From positions 28,088,001-28,152,000 of the forward strand of contig NC_058383.1 of NCBI RefSeq assembly GCF_018350175.1: a stretch of DNA of 64,000 nt, given 5' to 3'. The stretch's first letter is position 1. The number at the start of each line of letters is the position of its first letter. The notes beneath the pieces were generated by a model. The model saw nothing but the letters and a program-made list of their open reading frames with translations, did no database searches and was not told where the DNA came from. Made by a program: the position numbers and the translations under genes. Below are positions 1 through 11,922 of this stretch, piece by piece. The DNA is from Felis catus (lineage: Eukaryota).

Positions 1-67
1 ATTCATTCTCTAATCCCCTGATCTAGCCCCCTGGTCAACCTGGCATATAATTGCACGGTCTCCTTTT

Positions 68-250
68 GTGTAGTGGGGGCAAGAACTCTTGGACTTGGGT
101 TCAAATCCCAGCTCTGCCTGTTAGCAGCTGTGAGATCCTTAAGTCTCGGTGTTACCCTCTGTCAAATGGGACTGAAACGTGTGCTTCACGAGGCCATACG
201 GATCCAGGGCATCGTGAATGCAAGGGCACAGCACGGTGCCTGGCACACGG
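68..250. mobile_element. MIR relic (others near 20590, 33860, 49060, 61860, 62680)
   Basis: gggttcaaatcccagctctgcc...ctgtcaaatggg...gcacagcacggtgcctggcac. Confidence 0.65.
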
Positions 251-1874
251 TGACCACCAAAGGAGGGCTGGTCTTTCCCGCTGGTGCTCTCACTGAAGGA
301 TGGCAATCATTCTCCTCCGGGGAGACCGTGACGAGTTAAGCTCCGGGCTGTCTCTTCCCTCTGCCCTTCTCTTGTGGCCACCAATCCCTCCTTCTCTGGG
401 TGCACCTGCAGCCCTTCCCATCCCCCCTCGTCCGCCAATCCTTGCTGGTCGGTTGATAAAATTGAAAACAAGACAAGCCAGAAGACTCAAGTGAAAGGTG
501 AAGCCAGTACCTTAGAATCACAGGTCTTTGGGGTGTCCTCAGTGAAAATTTCATGGCCACTTAAATAAGCAAAAATGTGCAAACAATGGAGGTTAGAGCC
601 CACTATTTTAGACATTTAAAATTTTTCTCAGCGTTAAGAAAAAAACAAAGAAAACTTCTCATGTAACTTTGGCCCCATTCAAAATGCTCAAACATCATTA
701 ACCCGTCCACCTCCCAGGGGGAATCAGAGGCATTCTGTCCTGAGGTTGCCAGAAAATGAGAAAATTAGAGACAACGGAATAAGCCCAACTTTCAAATGGA
801 CTGAGAAATGCACGCGCTTCTCCCCCCGCCTCACCCCCCACCCGCCCACAGGGGCAGAGCCCTTCAGAAGTGCCCTGGGCAACCCAGGTGACCCGTGGCC
901 AGAGGCAGGGGAAGACCGCCACTTAACGGCAGCGGCTAGAACTGGAAGGAATGTATTGACATCTAGGAGGATCTTTCACAAGCTCTTAACCTTTACACCA
1001 TGTCAATAAAAAGCCCCATTAACATTTAAAAGGGACGTTTCTGGGTGTCCACTTGGAATAAGAGTTAGCGTACACTCCAAGAGTTGGGTTATGTATCTCA
1101 TCTGTCCCAGATCTCCAAGAGTTTACTTCCTTTCATGGTTTAAAAAAAAAAAAAAAAAAGCCAGCCCATGAAACGGCAGTCAAGAGCCACCTGGTAGCAA
1201 CACAGCGACTCTTGGGGGGGCCACCAGGACCAGGGGGGGACCCTCGGGCTGACCTCCTGCATTGGCAAATCACACCCAACAAGACCTTCTGCCCTCTTTC
1301 TCCTCTCTCCATTCTAGATCTTCAATCACACTTAACATCACCTCCGGGAAGCCCCCCTCAAACCCTCAGGGGGTGATCTGTGCCCCCACGGCCACTTGCG
1401 CTTCCTAAACCGGGAGGCCCTGGGCTCGCCACACTGCCCTTGACCACTCACCGGCTGGTCTTGCACTCAGCGATGGGAGCATTCCATGAAGGCAGGCACT
1501 GGGCACTCACCTATCCACGCGTCAGCACGCGCACTGGCTCACTCCTCACAGAATACTCGCAACATGGCAGGCGCTGGGGATGCGAGGAACGAAGCAGATG
1601 TGGCCCGACCTCAGTGTTGCCCCCCCAACGCCCATCTTCATATCCCCAGTGCCTGTCAAGTGCGGTTCTCAGTAAATGCTGGCCGGATGGATGTGTCCCT
1701 CCGTCAGTGGAACTTCATCACATCGACCACTTCCGAGAAGAACTGAACGAATGCTGTAAAATGCTGGGGATTGCTGCAGCCCCCGGATGCAAATGAGCAG
1801 CCTTCAAGCCTCACCCATCCCACATAGGCATTCTGATTGGTTGGTGTGGCTTCTTTATTTTCTTTAAACACTAA

Positions 1875-2100
1875 TTTTTTTTTTTTTTAAGTTTTATTTA
1901 TTTGAGAGCGAGCCAGCGCCTGCATGAGCAACGCCAGGGCAGAGACAGAGACAGAGAGAGACAGAGAGAGGGAATCCCAAGCAGGCTCCACGCTGTCAGC
2001 GCAGAGCTCGACATGGGGCTCAATCCGAGAACCATGAGATCGTGACCTGAGCAGAAACTACCAGTGGGACCCTCGACCGACTGAGCCGCCCAGGTGCCCC
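1875..2100 (-). mobile_element. CanSINE (tRNA-derived)
   Basis: Poly-T, (GA)n, reverse-complement head ...ctgagccgcccaggtgcccc. Confidence 0.9.
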
Positions 2101-2444
2101 TGTGTGGTTTCTTAATAAATGGGATCTGTCACTCACTTTTAAAACTTCGGTCTCACCCGTAACTTGTCCATCTGGCTTCTCTACATCCATGAAGGTGCGC
2201 TCCTGCAGAGCATAGGAGAGCAGGAGCCGAGAAACTCTGGCTCCTTCAGAGGGGGTGGGCACTCTTGATCTTGCCGCCCCTCCTCCGTCCCCTGTTGTCC
2301 TAGCGCTGAGGCCAAACCTCACCCTGGCTGAGGACTCTCTTGCCCCGGCTCCTCACTCAGGGCCGACGTGCCCCTCGAGGCATCTCGGTTTATGACCCCA
2401 GCTTTATGCTCAAGTCACCGAAGAGACACATCTGAGATGAGCTA

Positions 2445-2943
2445 CAACACGAACGAATGGGCAATTTTATTGATCATTACCTCCTACCCAACCTCCTAGT
2501 AGTAGACACAGGCTGTGCGGTTTCCAGCAGGGATCTCAGGTGCGGGGGAAGTCAAGGGACAAGGCGCATTCTGGCAGGTTCCTCGCTGGCGGACCAAAAA
2601 CCCACGTTTACTGCAATTCTCACAAACGAGCGCTGAAGATGAAGAATCACATTCTCACACCACCAGCACAGCTTAAATACTTCTTCGACAAAAATACTAA
2701 TAATAAATTATCTTCAACTCAGAAAATAAAGTGTGCTCAGCAGAGTGACAGGAGGGTCCATTCATTGCATTGCACCAAGGGCTGGGCGAGGGAGGGCAGG
2801 CCCGGGCAGCTGCACCGGCGGGAGCATGGGGCCGACAGCACGTGCTGAACTTGGTCGAATGCATGCTTGATGCCAACGGCGGGTGGTGGCAGCCCCTAGG
2901 CCGCGGCCTGTCCCGCGTGAGATTCACCTGCCCCTCCTCCTCC
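2445..2943 (-). other. NOMO1: NOMO1 3'UTR (3' end approximate)
   Basis: Between the stop codon and the first downstream AATAAA. Confidence 0.75.
2466..2471 (-). terminator. NOMO1 polyadenylation signal AATAAA
   Basis: tttatt on +, ~470 nt past the stop, followed on the minus strand by GU-rich sequence (TTCGTTCGTGTTGT). Confidence 0.8.
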
Positions 2944-3075
2944 TCACGTCCGCCTTGTCTTCTGTTTCTTGGCTTGTCTCTTTGCATCTTCTGGGCCGCT
3001 ATTGTCAGAGGCTGTCTGGCCAAGAGCTCGCACACCCTGTAGTCGACTTGTCAACTGCAACAGCAAGGGAATGAG
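2944..3075 (-). CDS. NOMO1: NOMO1 exon 31 coding part ([14 protein letters not shown]...KKQKTRRT*)
   Basis: 132 nt incl. TGA at 2946-2944; CT-rich TAG acceptor. Confidence 0.96.
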   Translation of the reverse strand, partial: LIPLLLQLTSRLQGVRALGQTASDNSGPEDAKRQAKKQKTRRT

Positions 3076-6000
3076 CTAGAACGAGAGAGAGAGAGAAAGT
3101 GAGAGAGAGGGATGCCAGGAGAATACTCTTGCCCAGAGGGACAAGGGAGCCTCATGTGTCAACACACCTCCTTCTTCGGGCAGCTCACCACTCACTGTGG
3201 GCTAACGGGTGACTCTTGGTTCAAGACGAGGCAGAGAGAGGCCTTGGCACTGGAGAGGGTTGGCAGACACACGGGGACAAAGGATTAGGGGAGATGTTAC
3301 AAGAGGTTTATGGCCTTCAAAGGAGGCCTGAGATTTGACAAAGTACAGTATCTATTCTTGATAAAAGCCCTCAACAAAGTAGGAACACAGGGAACATACC
3401 CCTATATCATCAAGGCCAGATATGAACGACCCACAACTAATATCCTCCTCAATGGGGAAAACCTGAGAGCTTTTCGCTGTAAGGCCAGAAACACGACAGT
3501 GATGTTCGCTCTCACCATTGCTATTTCACACAGTACTGGAAGTCCTAGCTTCAGCCATCAGACAAAAAAAGAAATAAAAGGCATCCAAATCGGCAAGAAG
3601 TCAAACTTTCACTATTCGCAGACTACACAATCCTTTACGTGGAAAGCCCAAAAGATGCCACCAAAAAACTGCTAGCACTGATAACACGAATTCAGCAAAG
3701 TCGCAGGACACAAAATCAACATAGAGAAATCTGTCACGTTTCTCTACACCAATAATGAAGTGGCAGAAAGAGAAATCAAGGAATTGATCCCATTTGAAAT
3801 TGCACCCTAAACCGTAAGATACCTAGGAATAAACCTAATCAAAGAGGTAAAAGATCTGTACGCTGAACACTATAGAAAGCTTATGAAAGAAATTGAAGAA
3901 GACACAAAGAAATGGGAAAACACTCCATGCTCCTGGACTGGAAGAACAAACATTGTTAAAATGTCCATACTACCCAAAGCAATCTACACATTTAATGCAA
4001 TCCCCATCAAAATACCACCAGGATTTTTCACAGAGCTAGAAGAAACAATCCTAAAATTTGTGTGGGACCACAAGAGACCCTGATTAGCCAAAGCAATCTT
4101 GAAAAAGAAAAGCAAAGCTGGAGGCATCACAATCCCAGACTTCAAGTTATTATTATAAAGCTGTAGTGATCATGACAGTATGGCACTGGCACAAACACAG
4201 CCACAGAGATCGATGGAACAGAACAGAAAACCCAGACACGGACCTACAACTGTGTGGCCAACTAATCTCCGACGAAGCAGGAAAGAATATCCAATGGGAA
4301 AAAGACAGTCTCTTCAGCAAGTGGTATTGGGAAAACTGGACCATTTTCTAAAGTTTTTTTTTAATGTCTGTTTATTTTTGAGAGAGAGAGTGACACAGAG
4401 TGCAAGTAGGGAGAGGCAGAGAGAGGGAGACACAGAATCCGAAGCAGGCTCCAGGCTCTGAGCTGTCAGCACAGACTTGAACGCAAGGCCTGAACTCACG
4501 AACTGTGAGATCATGACCTGAGCCGAAGCCAGATGCTCAACCGACTGAGCCGCCCAGGCACCTGAACCTGGACCACTTTCTTACACCATATACAAAAATA
4601 AGTTCAAAATGGATGAAAGATGTGATTTTGAGACAGGAAATCATCAAAATCCTAGAGATGAACACAGGAGTAACCTCTTTGACATCAGCTGTACCAACTA
4701 GACATGTCTCCTGAGTCAAGGGGAACAAAAAGCAAAAATGAACTACTAGGGTTTCATCAAGATAAAAACCTTCTGAACAGTAAAGGAAACAATAAAACTA
4801 AAGAGCAACCTTTGGAATGGAAAATATATTTGCAAATGACATTATCTGATAAACGGTTAATGTCCAAAATCTAGAAAGAACTTATCAAACTCAATACCCA
4901 AAAAATAAATGATCCAGTTAAGAAATGGACAGAAGACACGAATAGACATTTTTTCACAAGGAAGACATCCAGATGGCTACAGACACACGAAAAGATGCTC
5001 AACATCCCTCATCATCAGGAAAATACAAATCAAAACCATGTTGAGATACCACCTCACACCTGTCAGAATGGCTAACATTAACAATTCAGGAAACAATAGA
5101 TGTTGGCGAGGATGCGGAGAAAGAGGAATCCTTTTGCATTGTTGGTGGGAACACAAGCGGGTGCAGCCACTCTGGAAAACAGTATGGAGGTTCCTTAAAA
5201 CATTAAAAATAGAACTACTGTACGACCCAGCAACTGCACTACTAGGTATTTATCCAAAGGACACAAAAATATTGATTCAATACTGATTCAAACACATACC
5301 CCAATATTTATAGCAGCACTATCAACAATAGGCAAATTATGGAAAGAGCCCAAATGTCCATCAACTGATGCATGGATAAAGAAAATGTGATACACACACA
5401 CACACACACACACTGTGGAATATTACCCGGCCATCACGAAGAATGTGATCTTGTCATTCGCAACAACATAGATGAAACTAGAGTATATTGTGCTAAGCAA
5501 TAGAAGTCAGTCAGACAAAGACAAGTATCGTATGATTTCACACATATGTGGAACTTAAGAAACAAAACATATGAACATATGGGAAAGAAAAAAGAGAGAG
5601 AGGGAGGAGAAACCATAAGAGACTGTTAGAGGTGATGGGGTAATGGGTTAAATGGATGACGGGAATTAAGGAGGGCACTTGTGATGAGCACTGGGTGTTG
5701 TATGTAAGCTCTGAATCGTTAAATTCCACACCTGAAACTAATATTACACTACATGTTAACTAACTAGAGTTTAAGTAAAAACATAAACATTAAAAAATAA
5801 TAATAAATTAAAAAGTTTAAAAAAAAAGCAAAGGAAAGAAAAGAGGACTGGGGACTGGATTTGGGGCCTTCGCACTCGCTTCCAACCCTGCAGTGTCCTA
5901 TATTCTGGAACACTGGACACCTCGCCGTGTGCGGGAAGGTGTGTAACACTGGATGGAACCCTGCACTTTCTCGCAGGGCCTCTGCATTTCCTACCTTATC

Positions 6001-9000
6001 GTGGTTGTAGCCGGCCAACAGGACAAGCAGGGTCAGAGGCAGGGCGATGTAGGACCCCTGCGCGATGTCTTGCTCAGGCAGTTTCCTCTGCGGACACCAA
6101 GACCACCATTACTGCTTTACAGGCTCTCTGCTTCCCGGCCGCTCACCATCCCACAGCCTTGGCCCGCCCAGCCAGGACCCCGGGCATCCACATGACCCAA
6201 CTCTTGCTCTCCACGGCCAGGAAGTGCAGCGACTTGGGTATACTTTCAGGTGAATCCCCTGCTCCCCAAACTCCCCTGCTTGCTCTTTGACACTCTGGGC
6301 CAGACAGATGCCAATCACAAGGTAGGTCTCACCCTCTGAGCTTCCACGAGACTGAGGAAACCGAGCTGTGGGGCGCAGGCCATCCCTGTGGCTGAGACGT
6401 AAAGGGCCCCCTGGGCACTGAGTCCCGGCTACACACAGGGGCTCTTCCCTACAAGGGGGTGCGGAGAACCCACCGTGCTAGGCTCAGGCGCACAGTGACA
6501 GATGCACTGGTCGCAGAGAGTATCTCTAGTGATGGGAGGAGGCAGGCTGCCACTTGTCTCCTAGTGGCCATTTGCCCTTTCTTCCAACTTTCATCCGGGC
6601 CGATCAGAATATACACACTTCCCAGCCTCCCCTGCAGCTAAGATAGCCATGGAATTAAATTCTGGCCAAGACCACATGGATGGAAGTGTTCGGTAACACA
6701 TCCAGGCTGTTCGCTAAAAAAGCGGTGCTGTGCCCTCCCCTGCTGCCGGCCAGGAGTGCCATCTGTCAAAAAGGTGATGTGCTAAGGGACGGCAGAGCCC
6801 CAAGAGAGGGGAGGCTGGGCCCCTGATACCTTGGGGCTGCCGTACCATTCCTGTACTGCTCCATCCTGGATGCTGACATAAGACCGAAACTTCCATCTGA
6901 CTAAAAGCCCCTGAAATTTTGGGTCTCTATACTAGCCAATGAACCTGTACCTTAGCTCACTCTATCCGCGCAAAAGAAACAAATAATGGAAACTTTCAGA
7001 TAATGACAGAACAAGTTAAGGAGCCAGAGCACTGGTTCTCAAAGTAATGTCTAGGGAACTTCCTTTCAGATTTCCAAGGTCAAAACTATTTTCATAACAA
7101 CACTAAGATATTATATGCCTTTTTGCCTTCATTCTTTCACAAGTGAACAGTGGACTGTTCTGGAAGTTACATGTGATGATGTCATCACTCTGAGAGATAA
7201 CAGAATATGATAAATAAAAATACATTACATCCATGTAAACTAAGTCTCTTCTGGATTCTCGACAACTTTTAACAGGGTAATAGGGTCCTGAGACCGAAAC
7301 ATCTGAGGAGCATCCAGGCTGGACAACGACTGCGGGGTCATTTTGCCCCGAGATGGTTGAGGCAGAATGGGACGGTCGTTCAAAAATGAAAGAATCATCG
7401 GGATGAATACTGGGTGTTCTATGGAAACCAACTTGACAATAAATTTCATATAAAAAAAAAGAAAGAAAGAATCAGGGTGGGAACACATTTCTACCTCCAA
7501 TGGCCCACTCCTGGATTATCCGATATGTCTTAGACCCCAATTTGCTCTCCGTGGAAGTAAATATTTAATGGCGAAACTGCAGAGTGATGAAGGCAATGAG
7601 CTTTGAGCTCAAGGCTCAGGTCTGGCCACATGACCTTGGGCAATCACGTGAAGCCTCGGGCCATTCGCTATTAAGTGGTGCTGATACCAAAAGCACCTGC
7701 TGCAGGGGAATGTGAAATTCAGCGAAATCAGCTACCTCAAGTGCCAGCAGTGCACGAAACACTCAGTAAAAAAATCAATGATGTGGCTCTCGGTTTGCAT
7801 GTTGAACAAAAGAATGGAGTGGAGCACATACCAAGGCCCTCGCGAACGTACAACATTGAGCCGCCCGTCCAGAAGGCTGTAATGCACTAGAAGCCACGTG
7901 ATGTGAGACCCGCCACCTCCTCTGAGTCCCAGCTCTGCTGATCAACTGGAGGTAAGTTACTTACTCTGAGTGTCTGTAAAATGCGAGGGATGGCACCTTC
8001 CCGGAAAGGTGTGATGTGAGGACTAGCAGTGAGAACCCTTCAGGAGCAGGCACTCCCTTCCCTGGTCACTGGGGCCCTGGTCTCCCAGGTAACCTCTGGC
8101 AGGGGTGTGTTCTCAGAAGCGACAGGCACATTCTTGGCCACAGCCGTGAGGCACGGTGGCTGCCCGGCTGCCACCCAGCATCATGTTCCCGCCACCAGCT
8201 GCCAAAGCATCTCCCTGGATCCAGATGAGTCTCTGGGGCGGGGGGGATGTCCCAGATGGCTGCCACCAGTGCCCTTCACAGAGGCCCTCTGCCTCTCACT
8301 GGGATGGCAACGTGCCTCTACAGAGACAGAAGGTTCCCTACGTGCTCATGTCAGTGGCCCTTCCAATTGGTCCCAAACATGGGAAATGAGGTAAGTGCTT
8401 CCTCATGGAGTCATCAGAAAAACTCTCCACTTCACATAAAATTTGTATTTGCCAAGTCACTGAGCACGAGCCCCTCATCAGAGATGCTCAGAAACCAGCA
8501 GAAGAGCTGTGTTCAAGTCCCACGTCTGCTGCGCACAAGCTGGGGACTTAGACCACTCAGAATCCTCTTGGGTCTCATCTCTAGATGACGGAAAAGAATC
8601 CCTACCTACCTCGCCTCTAGGATGCTGTTTGAAAAGCACAAAATGGTCACTTGCTTGCATGTAGGAAAGATAAATGTGGAACTATTCTTTCTACCCTACA
8701 CCAGGAAAAACCCTAAATGGCTAGAGATGGCCATGTATAAAATGTAACCATACAGGTACTGAAGGAAAAATAAATTCCTTTAAAACTGGGAGGGGGGAGC
8801 TTTTCCAGACTAGGACTCAAAATTCAGGAGCAAGGAGAAAAAGAATGACACATTTTAACATATAAAATAAATGTTTGCATAATCAAAATGAAAAAAGAAA
8901 TGATAAATTAGGAAAAAATATGGACAACGTATATTACAAAGGTTTAACATCCCTCTTACACAAAGGGCTTCTGAAACATAAAAAACACCAACAATCCAGA

Positions 9001-11863
9001 CAGATAGGTCCAGAAGTCAACAGTTCCCAGAAAGGGACATACCTGGGTTCTGAACCCCGTGGAAGGATGAGAAATGCAGAGGACAGAGACATGGAGATAC
9101 CACCCGTCATCCATTATACTGCAAAAAATCTTTAATTTGACAACACACTCTGCGGGGGAACAGGGGTGCTCGCATACGTAGCTGGTGGGAATGCAAATAG
9201 TACAGCCCTATGGACAGGAAGTGGCACCATCCAGCAAAATTCCAGGAGCATCGACCCTGTGATCCAGCAACTCTACTTCTTGAAGTCTATTTCAAAGACA
9301 GACTGACAAACACCCAAAAACATGCATGCACAAGGCCAATCACTAAAGGGTCGTTTGTAATGGCAGAAAACTAGGAATAACCCAAACATTCATCAAGCAG
9401 GGGCTAACTGAACACACCACGGTAGAGCCACACAGAAGAGTATTACATAGCCATTAAAAAGGAACAAGAAGTCACTAAATCTATTGCTGTGCACACAGTT
9501 ATCTTTATCAAGAAAAACTCTTCACGCTGATGAGGCCTACCACAACGGTCAACGCAGTAGCTACGGGGCCAGGTTTTTGTTTTACTGTAGATCCCTGGGC
9601 TCCACTCTTACTACCTAAACCAAGTTCACACTCAGTAGGTCTGAGGCTGGGCCCTGGAGCCCATTTTTGTTGCTGCTGTGGGCATTTAATCCCCAGGTGA
9701 TTCTACCGCATGCCAGCTTTGGGAAGCACTGGTCTCACGAATGTTAAAAATACGTGTGTGTGTTGTTCTGTTTTGTTTTTCAGTCTGTTCGACACAGGAC
9801 CCATTGGGCTCTACACATTGCAAATGGCTCACAAAATGAGCAAGTTGCTTTTAACCTACAAGTATCCCACCCACCTGTGGGGTTTCTTTTTCTTCCTCAC
9901 TTGCAATCTGTCAAATCAATCAGTTTCCAGCTTATTGTCCTGCACTTTCCCATAACCTACATTTTGTTGACTACATCCTTGCAGCATCCTTTACATGTTC
10001 TTGTGTCCTCTCAACTTCCTGTAAACTGGCAGCCGGTTCTAGAAGTTTGGGTAGGGCAGGTGTCACGTGGCTCCAGATGGAGGACCACAACACCCCCAAT
10101 CGCGACACAGTGATGAGCCTTGTTCCTAAAAATCACACCCGAGCCACTGACCTAAACAAATCCCCTGCCCTCGTTGACAACTTCCTCCTCAAAGGGAACC
10201 GAAGGCATCAGCACTCGAAAAAGGAGAAAAGCATCTAGGGAAATTCAGAGTGCAAAATCCAGAATGCAATCGGGCATCAAGGTGAGGGTCCCTCAAGCGG
10301 CCGTCCTCCCTCACCACCCCTGGAGGTTGTTTTCAACCACCCACCGCCCTTTCCTTACCGTGGGATTGAAGACCAAGGTGATGTGCTTATGGTAGCCCAC
10401 TGCAGTGAAAGACACCTGAGGCAAGACGTAGTCATACTGGGATCTGGGGAGTGTGGAGTCCAGCAGCACAACGTAATTCTGCGTACAAATAAGAAGTTAC
10501 TTTTTACAAAGGACTTTATGTTTTGAAAGAAATCCCCAAGTTTACACATCCAAACCAAGGTTGCTAACTTCAGAGGAGGAACCTCAGTGGGCTCTTCCCT
10601 CGTTGACAGCCGTGTGTCCCGGCATCTCGGGGACTGTGTCTTCTGATAAAGCTTTCAGAGCTGGAGGCAATATTTTATAAGCATATTCAACCACGACATA
10701 ATTGTGCTCCTTTGAGAATCTGACTTTATGAAACACAGAAAGTTATAACGAGCCAATCTGGATGAGGGACAGACATGATCGAACTGGGAAAGACTGCTTT
10801 CAATCCAAAATGAGGTAGACTTTTAAGGCATGATAATTAAGCGGCTCACCAGCTGGCAAGTTCTAAGAACACAGCATCTCGGGAACGGTGCGGGCGACGG
10901 TCAGAGCCCACTCCACCGTTGGGTGCGGAGCCCCAACGTGGTAGGCACCATGAGCACTGCCTTGGGCAAATACCGGCTGTGCTCTCAACCACGGACAAGG
11001 TCGGGTTTACTGCTCCCATCTCACAGCAGGCCGCGAGCCCAGGGGGAATCGGACCCCAAAGCCCATTACGCTTCCACACTGACGTGATGCTTACAGTGAC
11101 TGCTGGGGCGCCTGGTGGCTCAGCCAGCTGAGTGTCCAACTCTTGGCTTCCGCTCAGGTCATGATCTCAGGGTTTGTGAGTTCAAGCCCTGTGTCGGCTC
11201 TGTGCTGACAGTGCGGAGCCTGATTGGGATTGTCTCTCTCCCTCCCTCTCTGCACCTCCCCCACTCTGTCTCTCAAAATAAATAAATGAAACTTTAAAAA
11301 AAGCTCAATCTTTAAAAACAAATTAAAAAAACCGCATACAGTGGCTATTTCAAAGGGCATCTCAAGAAACGGGGAGCAACTCCAAGCTTCCATCGCAACT
11401 TATTTCATTATCTTACAGCTGTTTCATGACAAAAAAGGCCACAGTTTATCATCCCCGCGGCAGGTGGTAAGAAGCCAGGAGAGGAAACGTCGTATGTAGG
11501 CTCACTACTGACAGGTGCACGCCAAGCCCACCAGGAAAGAACCGAATTCTTTGCCAAGTTTCCTCCCAGCACCTCAACCACAACAGCCTGCTCTGTCTGA
11601 AGACAACTGATAATAAACAGTCTAGAATCAGTAAACGACGTCCACCATTAAGGCCTGAGTTAAATAAACTATCATTATTTCCCACATTATGGACGGCTGT
11701 GCAACCATGAGAAACCATGTTATAAAAAATGTAATGATGGGGAAAAGATTTCTGATGTATTCTTCACTGAAAAGCACGGATTATAAAACAATGTACCAAA
11801 CAGTCCTAGCCTTATTAAACTAAATACACATGTGTATGTATTAAACTAAATACACGTGTGTGT

Positions 11864-11922
<59 letters not shown>

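Noticed and set aside
1380..1796. 138-aa ORF downstream of NOMO1 as a neighbouring gene
   Set aside because: No recognisable family, promoter or splice support
2941..2951. GAC|GTGAGG overlapping the NOMO1 stop as a donor for an extended C-terminus
   Set aside because: Weak exonic match and no credible downstream acceptor or exon visible before the polyA signal
3310..5286. Reverse-transcriptase-like ORFs as a functional or domesticated gene
   Set aside because: Fragments of L1 ORF2, 5'-truncated and broken by stops, frameshifts and a SINE
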